Below, one piece after another: positions 58,074-64,000 of a DNA stretch of 64,000 nt. The position numbers and the translations under genes are program-made. The notes below the pieces were generated by a model. That model saw only the letters and a program-made list of their open reading frames with translations. It was not told where the DNA came from and made no database searches. The DNA comes from Chloroflexota bacterium (GTDB taxonomy: Bacteria > Chloroflexota > Dehalococcoidia > Lucifugimonadales > Australimonadaceae). Location of the stretch: positions 355 to 64,354 of the forward strand of contig JAQCEV010000004.1 of the NCBI GenBank assembly GCA_027618515.1, written 5' to 3'. Within the stretch, counting starts at the first letter, position 1. Each line of letters starts with the position of its first letter.

Positions 58074-58949
58074 ATGACCACGACTCCTACAGGTGATTCC
58101 TCCACGGCAGTGGGGCGCTGGCGATCGATGGTGGAGGCAGACCGGGAGCAAACAGCCCGCGTCGCCTCGCAGCAGGCGGGCGGCCCTGGTCAGCGGTGGA
58201 GCGGGGGCCGGGCTGAGACCTTCCGGGCCGATCCTCACCGCGTAGGGGACCCCAACGTCGATCTGATCGCCAGCTTTCAGCGACCCGATCAGACGTGGTT
58301 GGATGTGGGTGCTGGCGCCGGTCGGTTGACTCTTCCTCTCGCGTTGAACTGCAAGCACGTGTACGCCGTAGAAGCAGCCCCACCCATGGCGGCGATACTC
58401 ACGGAGCAGGCCGCAGCCGCAGAGATTTCCAACGTTACCCTCATAGAAGGGCGCTGGCAGGACGTCGACGCGCCGATGGCTGACATCGCACTTTGCTTCA
58501 ACGTGATGAACTTCGTTCCTGACATCGATCTGTTCATTACGAAACTGAACCAGCACGCCCACGATCGCGTGTTGGTCGTCTTGATGAAGGATGGTCCGAT
58601 GGCCAATGTGGCGCCGTTCTGGCGTCTCGTGCATGGTACTGAGCCCGCTCAACCCCCAGCGCTGGCCGAGTTGCTGGCAGTGCTCTGGGAATTAGGGTTC
58701 TATCCCGATGTGCAGATGCTCCCGCCGCGCTATCGAGTCTCGAAGGATCGCGAAACCGTGCGCATGCTCATGGCGGATCGATTGGGTGTGGTGCCAGGCA
58801 GCCCCGAGGAAGGCCGCTTAGAACTCGCTCTGGACGAACTCCTTGTGCCGATCGAAGGTGGATTTGCCGTCCGCGGCGCTGAGTGGTTCCGTGAAGCACT
58901 GGTGACCTGGCGCCCTCAGGCGTCAAACACACTGTTAACCTGCGTGTAA
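58074..58949 (+). CDS. Class I SAM-dependent methyltransferase
   Basis: WLDVGAGAGR motif I. Confidence 0.85.
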   Translation: MTTTPTGDSSTAVGRWRSMVEADREQTARVASQQAGGPGQRWSGGRAETFRADPHRVGDPNVDLIASFQRPDQTWLDVGAGAGRLTLPLALNCKHVYAVEAAPPMAAILTEQAAAAEISNVTLIEGRWQDVDAPMADIALCFNVMNFVPDIDLFITKLNQHAHDRVLVVLMKDGPMANVAPFWRLVHGTEPAQPPALAELLAVLWELGFYPDVQMLPPRYRVSKDRETVRMLMADRLGVVPGSPEEGRLELALDELLVPIEGGFAVRGAEWFREALVTWRPQASNTLLTCV

Positions 58950-58989
58950 CTGTTACGTAACCTAATCGCCAGACCGTGCATCTAAGCTA

Positions 58990-59135
58990 GTACCAAGCAA
59001 GACGCCAAGCACGGTCAGGGTGGTCCCTCCCGAAGATCAACAAATGGGGCATGAGTAGTTGTGCAGCGTCGAGCAGGCCCGGGGTGTTCCTCCCAGCACC
59101 CTGGAAGAGGCGGGGCCTTCCCCGCCTCTTTCTTT
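58990..59135 (+). ncRNA. Candidate small RNA with a CCUCCC loop
   Basis: Structured non-coding stretch ending in a terminator; CCTCCC occurs twice. Confidence 0.35.
59105..59135 (+). terminator. Intrinsic terminator
   Basis: AAGAGGCGGGG-CCTT-CCCCGCCTCTT-TCTTT. Confidence 0.75.
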
Positions 59136-59338
59136 GCCCGTCTTCAGGGCCGCTTTCTGTAAAGTAGATTGGTCGCTTCGTTCTGGGTTTGTTCGGCCGA
59201 TGCTATGCGATAATAATCAGCTTGGATGGTCAGTTTCCACGGGTGATTCGTGCGGATCGATTGCGCTGCCCCCTGGTGCCTTGGCGCTTCACTCGCGCGA
59301 TCGGTGGGCGTATTTGTGATATCTCGTGATGCCTCGCG

Positions 59339-60745
59339 ATGAAGGATCCCATCTTGGCTAGTCGATTCCCTGCAGTGGTCGTGCGCATCGCGCAGGCGGT
59401 TGCTGACGCAGGAGGAACAGCATTCCTGGTAGGTGGCGCCGTCCGAGACTCGCTGTTTGGAGCGCCTAGTGTTGACTTCGATCTCGAGGTCTACAGGATT
59501 CCTCCGCCAACGCTCAATCGTGTGATGAAAGCGCTCGATCCGAGTTGGATGGACACCGTGGGGGCATCATTCGGTGTACTCAAGGCCCAATTCGGCGAAC
59601 ACTTAGTCGACGTGTCCCTCGCTGGGGGCGACCCTAATCCGGGCACGGAACAGGGGCGCGTCCAGGTTACAGAAAACCCGCCGATGCCCTCCCGCGAAGC
59701 TGCGCGCCGTCGTGATTTCACCATAAACGCGATGGCCATCGATCCGCTGTCTGGGCAAGTCTTCGATTACTTTGAAGGCCAACAAGACCTCCAGGCGACC
59801 GATGCACAGCGGTTCGGCGATGATCCACTCCGTGTTTTGCGGGCTGCTCAATTTGCGGCCCGCCTTGAGTTCTCGATCGAACCTAGAACGATTGAACTTT
59901 GCCGAGCCGTAACACTCACGCCTGAGTTCGCTGCGTTACCCGCAGATCGGATAGGGCCAGAGTGGCGGAAGCTGCTTCTGATGAGCCGCAGGCCCTCCAT
60001 GGGGATGCGCGCCGGTTTACAGGTCGGCGCCTGGAGCGTCCTTCACCCTGAACTTCAATCGCTCGTTGGTTGCCAGCAAGACATGGGTTGGCACCCCGAG
60101 GGCGATGTCTGGACACACACCAATATGGTGATTGATGCAGCGGCCGAGATCGTGCACCGGGAGCAGATGACCAACGCCGACGAAATATCGATCATGCTTG
60201 GCGCGCTTTGTCATGACTTCGGTAAACCGGGCACCACTGAGTTCATAGATGGGCGATGGCGATCACGCGGGCACGAAGCCGCAGGGCTGGTTCCCACCCG
60301 CTCGTTCCTGTCGCGCATCGGACTCGCAAAGGGGATGCACGTGAAGATTGAACGATTGGTCGCTGACCACCTTTTCCCGAGCATTCACGCAGGCACCGCA
60401 ACTGATACGGCCGTCCGGCGACTCGCGAAACGATTGCAACCGGCCACCATCAAAGAACTCGTACTCGTACCCGAAGCCGATCAACGCGGGAGAGCGCTCC
60501 CCTGGAAGGGCTTTCCTGCTGGAGAGGCGCTAGTAGCCCAGGCTTCACGACTATCGGTTCAGGCAAACGCCCCCAAGCCCCTGATTTCCGGCCAGGACTT
60601 GATCGACAACCTTGGTTTAGTCCCAGGGAAACCATTTGGTCGAATCTTGTCTGGGGTTGAAGAAGCGCAGATAGCCGGTGCGGTCACTACGTTTGAAGAA
60701 GGGCTAGCAATGGCTCGCTTGATCGCTACTCAACCTGACCTATGA
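59339..60745 (+). CDS. tRNA nucleotidyltransferase (CCA/poly(A) polymerase family) with HD domain
   Basis: VGGAVRD, DFD, RRDFTINAMA, DDPLRVLR, HPEGDV and CHDFGK motifs. Confidence 0.88.
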   Translation: MKDPILASRFPAVVVRIAQAVADAGGTAFLVGGAVRDSLFGAPSVDFDLEVYRIPPPTLNRVMKALDPSWMDTVGASFGVLKAQFGEHLVDVSLAGGDPNPGTEQGRVQVTENPPMPSREAARRRDFTINAMAIDPLSGQVFDYFEGQQDLQATDAQRFGDDPLRVLRAAQFAARLEFSIEPRTIELCRAVTLTPEFAALPADRIGPEWRKLLLMSRRPSMGMRAGLQVGAWSVLHPELQSLVGCQQDMGWHPEGDVWTHTNMVIDAAAEIVHREQMTNADEISIMLGALCHDFGKPGTTEFIDGRWRSRGHEAAGLVPTRSFLSRIGLAKGMHVKIERLVADHLFPSIHAGTATDTAVRRLAKRLQPATIKELVLVPEADQRGRALPWKGFPAGEALVAQASRLSVQANAPKPLISGQDLIDNLGLVPGKPFGRILSGVEEAQIAGAVTTFEEGLAMARLIATQPDL

Positions 60746-61093
60746 GCCAAGGCCTGACCCCTCGAAAGTTCTTGAACGAGACTCCGAGTCGTGAGCTACT
60801 GACCTGACAGTAGGTTGCCAGCACCACCGCGAGCGTGAACACCGTGGCTCCGAAGATCGTTGCCACGCGGGTCACTGGCGACCCATTATGACCGATGGCA
60901 GGGCTGTTCAATGAACGCTTCTCGCGTTGGTGCCAGCGCACCTCTGTCCCAGCCACAGTACTGCCCATGGCGCGGTCTGACGTAACAGCGCGGGAACGTC
61001 TTGGTTGGATTTGCGTGTACGAACGGTGAACGGTTCGCCTTCCCTTCCCGTATCCATGCGCTCCCCGGTCGCTACCCGCCTATAATCCCCTAC

Positions 61094-62089
61094 GTGACCA
61101 CCGTAGGCGAATTGGGGGAGTTCCCCCTCATCGAGCGCATCGCGTCCGCGATCGACCGCGCGTCCCTGGCTGCGGCCACCGCCGGTGGCTTCAGTTTGGC
61201 GCTCGGGATCGGCGATGACGCCGCAGCGTGGTCGCTGGCCCGTGGCGTCCAGGTGACCACCACCGACACCGCCGTCGAGAACGTCCACTTCACGCAGCAG
61301 ACCACTCCTTGGGCAGACCTCGGCTGGCGAACGTGGGCGGCCAATGTCAGTGACATCATTTCAATGGGCGCGACTCCACTAGTAGGCGTCGTCACCCTGG
61401 GTATACCTGGCTCGCTGGACGTCACGGCCATCGACGACCTCTACGTGGGCATGATCGACGCCTGTCGCGCCTATGGCACGCTGATAGCAGGCGGCGACAT
61501 CGTGTCCTCGCGTGACGTGTTCGTGTCCGTTGCGCTGATGGGCGTGTGCGAAGGAGAACTGCTCCGCCGCGATGTTGCCCAGCCTGGCGACGTGATCGGC
61601 GTATCGGGCCCCCTCGGCGGCTCCGCAGGTGGCCTGCGCGTGCTCCAACGTGGCCTCATGTCGAGCGACGCATTGCTGACGGCCCATCGCCGTCCTACGC
61701 CCCGCGTTTCCACAGGCCAGGCCCTGCTGGATGCGGGCGTCACCGGTGCGATGGATGTCTCTGACGGCCTCGTCGCCGACCTCGCCAAGCTCTGCCGAGC
61801 CAGCGGTGTTGGCGCCAGGGTGGATTCCCCCCTCGTACCCGTCGCATCGGCCCTGCACGAGTCGTTCTCCGATGAAGAATCGCTTTTGTGCGCGTTGGGT
61901 GGCGGTGAGGACTACGAAGTCCTGTTTACCGGCCCACGCCAAGCCGTCGAGCGCGCCGTCGCGTCCATCGACGGCGCAGCCGTGATCGGTGAGATCGTCA
62001 CCGACACGCCCGGCCGCGTGATCGTGCTTGGTGCCGACGGCAACGAACTCGAGGTCAGCGACGCTGGCTGGGAGCACCTGTCCACATGA
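61094..62089 (+). CDS. thiL: Thiamine-monophosphate kinase
   Basis: GEFPLI, GDDAA, NVSDI..MGA, DVSDGL and GGEDYE motifs. Confidence 0.95.
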   Translation: MTTVGELGEFPLIERIASAIDRASLAAATAGGFSLALGIGDDAAAWSLARGVQVTTTDTAVENVHFTQQTTPWADLGWRTWAANVSDIISMGATPLVGVVTLGIPGSLDVTAIDDLYVGMIDACRAYGTLIAGGDIVSSRDVFVSVALMGVCEGELLRRDVAQPGDVIGVSGPLGGSAGGLRVLQRGLMSSDALLTAHRRPTPRVSTGQALLDAGVTGAMDVSDGLVADLAKLCRASGVGARVDSPLVPVASALHESFSDEESLLCALGGGEDYEVLFTGPRQAVERAVASIDGAAVIGEIVTDTPGRVIVLGADGNELEVSDAGWEHLST

Positions 62090-62574
62090 GTGGCCTAACC
62101 CTAACGACTGATAGCCCGGAGGCCACTCAGGCGTTCGGGCGTCACATCGGCGAGGCGCTGGGAATCGGCGACGTCGTGCTGCTGGCAGGTACGCTGGGCG
62201 CTGGCAAGACCACGCTCACCCAGGGCATCGCCTGGGGCGCTGGTGTCACCGAGTACGCCCACAGTCCCACCTTCGTGCTCGTTCACGAGTACGCGGGTCG
62301 TATCCCCATCTACCACCTCGACCTCTACCGTTTCGAGGGCGCATACGCAGTCGACGACCTGGCCGAAGTCGAAGACCTGGGCATCGACGAGATGCTGGAG
62401 ACCGGCGCGTGCATCGTAGAGTGGGCCGAGCGAGCGGCTCAGGTGTTCCCTGGCGATTTCCTTGAGATATCGCTGGCAGAAGGCGACACGCCAGACCAGC
62501 GCATCGTGACCCTCGCGGCGCACGGCACACGCTACGAAGAGATGATCGCGGCACTGGAGAGCTTCACCGAATGA
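62086..62574 (+). CDS. tsaE: tRNA threonylcarbamoyladenosine biosynthesis ATPase TsaE
   Basis: GTLGAGKT, SPTF, HLDLYR and VEW motifs. Confidence 0.95.
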   Translation: MSGLTLTTDSPEATQAFGRHIGEALGIGDVVLLAGTLGAGKTTLTQGIAWGAGVTEYAHSPTFVLVHEYAGRIPIYHLDLYRFEGAYAVDDLAEVEDLGIDEMLETGACIVEWAERAAQVFPGDFLEISLAEGDTPDQRIVTLAAHGTRYEEMIAALESFTE

Positions 62575-63329
62575 CAAGCCTTTACCTAGCGATAGACACC
62601 TCCACCCGCTACGGCGCCGTCGGCCTCTGGTCCGCCGGTGCCCTCGTGCGCGCGCATTCCTGGTACTCCCGGCACAACCATACCTCCGAACTCATGCCTG
62701 CCGTCGAAGCCGCCCTCGCCGCCTCTGGCGCGACGATGGCCGACCTCACCGGCATAGCCGTGGCTCAAGGCCCAGGGGGCTTCTCCGCGTTGCGCTCCGG
62801 CCTTGGTGCCGCCAAAGGCCTCGCCTTCGCAGCGAACCTACCCGTGGTTGGCGTCAGCACCGTTGAGGCCAGCGCGTACCCCCACCGTGGCGCGGGCCTA
62901 CCGGTCTGCGCCCTCATCGAATCCGGGCGCGGCATAGTTGGCTGGGCCCGCTTTCAGTTGAGCGGGGACGGGCAGGGCGCCACCTGGGTGCGACGCACGC
63001 CTGACCGAGTCACGTCGCTGGATGCCATGCTCACCGCCCGTGGACGCCACACGTTGTTCTGCGGCGAGGGCGTCGCCACCCATGCAGACGCTATCCGTGA
63101 AGCGCTGGGCGACAAAGCCCACCTGGCCATCGAGCCCGCGCCCCTCAGTCGCATAGCGGGCGTCGCAGAGTTGGGCGCGATTCGCCTGGACGCTGGCGAC
63201 GCCGACCCCGTGGCCAGCCTTGCGCCCCGCTACTTACGCTCGCCAGCCATCACGGCGCCCAATCCGCCCAAGGCCATCATCCAGGCGAGTCACGCAGGTC
63301 GATCACGAGCCGGTCGCACGCAGGCCTGA
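62571..63329 (+). CDS. tsaB: tRNA threonylcarbamoyladenosine biosynthesis protein TsaB
   Basis: LAIDTS, GPGGFSALR and PRYLR motifs; follows tsaE. Confidence 0.9.
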   Translation: MTSLYLAIDTSTRYGAVGLWSAGALVRAHSWYSRHNHTSELMPAVEAALAASGATMADLTGIAVAQGPGGFSALRSGLGAAKGLAFAANLPVVGVSTVEASAYPHRGAGLPVCALIESGRGIVGWARFQLSGDGQGATWVRRTPDRVTSLDAMLTARGRHTLFCGEGVATHADAIREALGDKAHLAIEPAPLSRIAGVAELGAIRLDAGDADPVASLAPRYLRSPAITAPNPPKAIIQASHAGRSRAGRTQA

Positions 63330-63374
63330 TAATCTACCGCGAGTCATCTCAGTGAGCTAAGGCAGGAGAAGCCA

Positions 63375-64000
63375 ATGGTTACAGCGATACGCACCAAGAA
63401 GATAGACGCGGATACCCACTTCAACCTGACCGTCGACTACGCCCTGCTCAAGGACATGCTGCCCAACTCACTGAACGCCCAGCTACATGACATGATGTGG
63501 CACGACGCTCTGCGCGTGGTGGACGCGGACAGCGTTCGTGCGGCGCTCACCGGCGGCCCCGTAGCCGACCACACAGGCGATCCTGAGTGGGATCTCGAAG
63601 CGCGCCTCATTGAGATGGATCGGCTGGGTTTCGACATGCAAGTGCTGAACACCCAACGGGCGATGCCTTCACCCCTGAAGGCCCAAGGCGACACCCCACT
63701 CTGGCTTCGCACAGCACTCGGCCAGCTCTACAACAACGCATCAGCCGATATCCAGAAGAAGTACCCCGACCGCTTCATCGGACTCATCACCGTCCCCTGG
63801 GATGACATCGACGCCTCGGTGAAAGAAGTGGAGCGCGCAGCCGCACTCGGCCTCAAGGCCGTCAGCATCTGCGGAAGCTGGGTGGATCAGAACCTGGACG
63901 CGTACGAGCTCTACCCCTTCTGGGAGGCCGTCAGCGGCCTGGGCCTGGCCTGCAGTGTCCACAACCACACCCAAGGCCACCGGGGCACCATGTACGACCA
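63375..64000 (+). CDS. Amidohydrolase-2 family protein (LigW/ACMSD-like), 3'-truncated by the window edge
   Basis: RBS AGGAG; IDADTH, MDRLGFDMQVL, YPDRF and YPFWEA...VH motifs; frame open to the window end. Confidence 0.85.
   Translation, partial: MVTAIRTKKIDADTHFNLTVDYALLKDMLPNSLNAQLHDMMWHDALRVVDADSVRAALTGGPVADHTGDPEWDLEARLIEMDRLGFDMQVLNTQRAMPSPLKAQGDTPLWLRTALGQLYNNASADIQKKYPDRFIGLITVPWDDIDASVKEVERAAALGLKAVSICGSWVDQNLDAYELYPFWEAVSGLGLACSVHNHTQGHRGTMYD

Noticed and set aside
60726-61000. 80-aa minus-strand ORF with a hydrophobic stretch
   Set aside because: No RBS, atypical composition, and it overlaps the cca-like stop; at most a decayed fragment.

Overview
GC-rich chromosomal window from a Chloroflexota bacterium. 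The ClpC/RpsA/UvrB sequences and the expanded Rieske oxygenases look like Dehalococcoidia/SAR202; this is inference. It is mostly housekeeping genes (secDF, def, priA, rplS, pfkA, rpsA, clpC, radA, lipA, metG, rsmI, ruvCA, uvrB, ftsK, rnj, acpP-nusB-fabD-rpmF, yebC-rimM-khpA-rpsP, mgtE, thiL-tsaE-tsaB). It also has a stand-alone 5S rRNA gene and an aromatic-catabolism block at about 48.8-58 kb (MmgE/PrpD, Rieske alpha/small ORF/beta, two tandem MDR reductases, two tandem LigX/phthalate-type Rieske oxygenases). The most striking signals are absent from the ORF track: two small genes with strong RBSs, interrupted by in-frame TGA codons that are each followed by a bacterial SECIS-like hairpin. 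One is a 71-aa protein with a U-x-x-x-U motif (536-751). The other is a DUF1059-like metal-binding protein with TGA at the conserved Cys position (48492-48683). Both are candidate selenoproteins from families I do not recognise as selenoprotein families. Other points of interest are a Cys-free Mrp/ApbC behind an IscR-like operator, two candidate structured sRNAs, an orphan ThsB-like TIR gene, a frameshifted CADD/PqqC-like diiron enzyme, and frequent apparently leaderless genes. No CRISPR array, tRNA, transposase or Sec-machinery gene (selABCD) was seen in the window.
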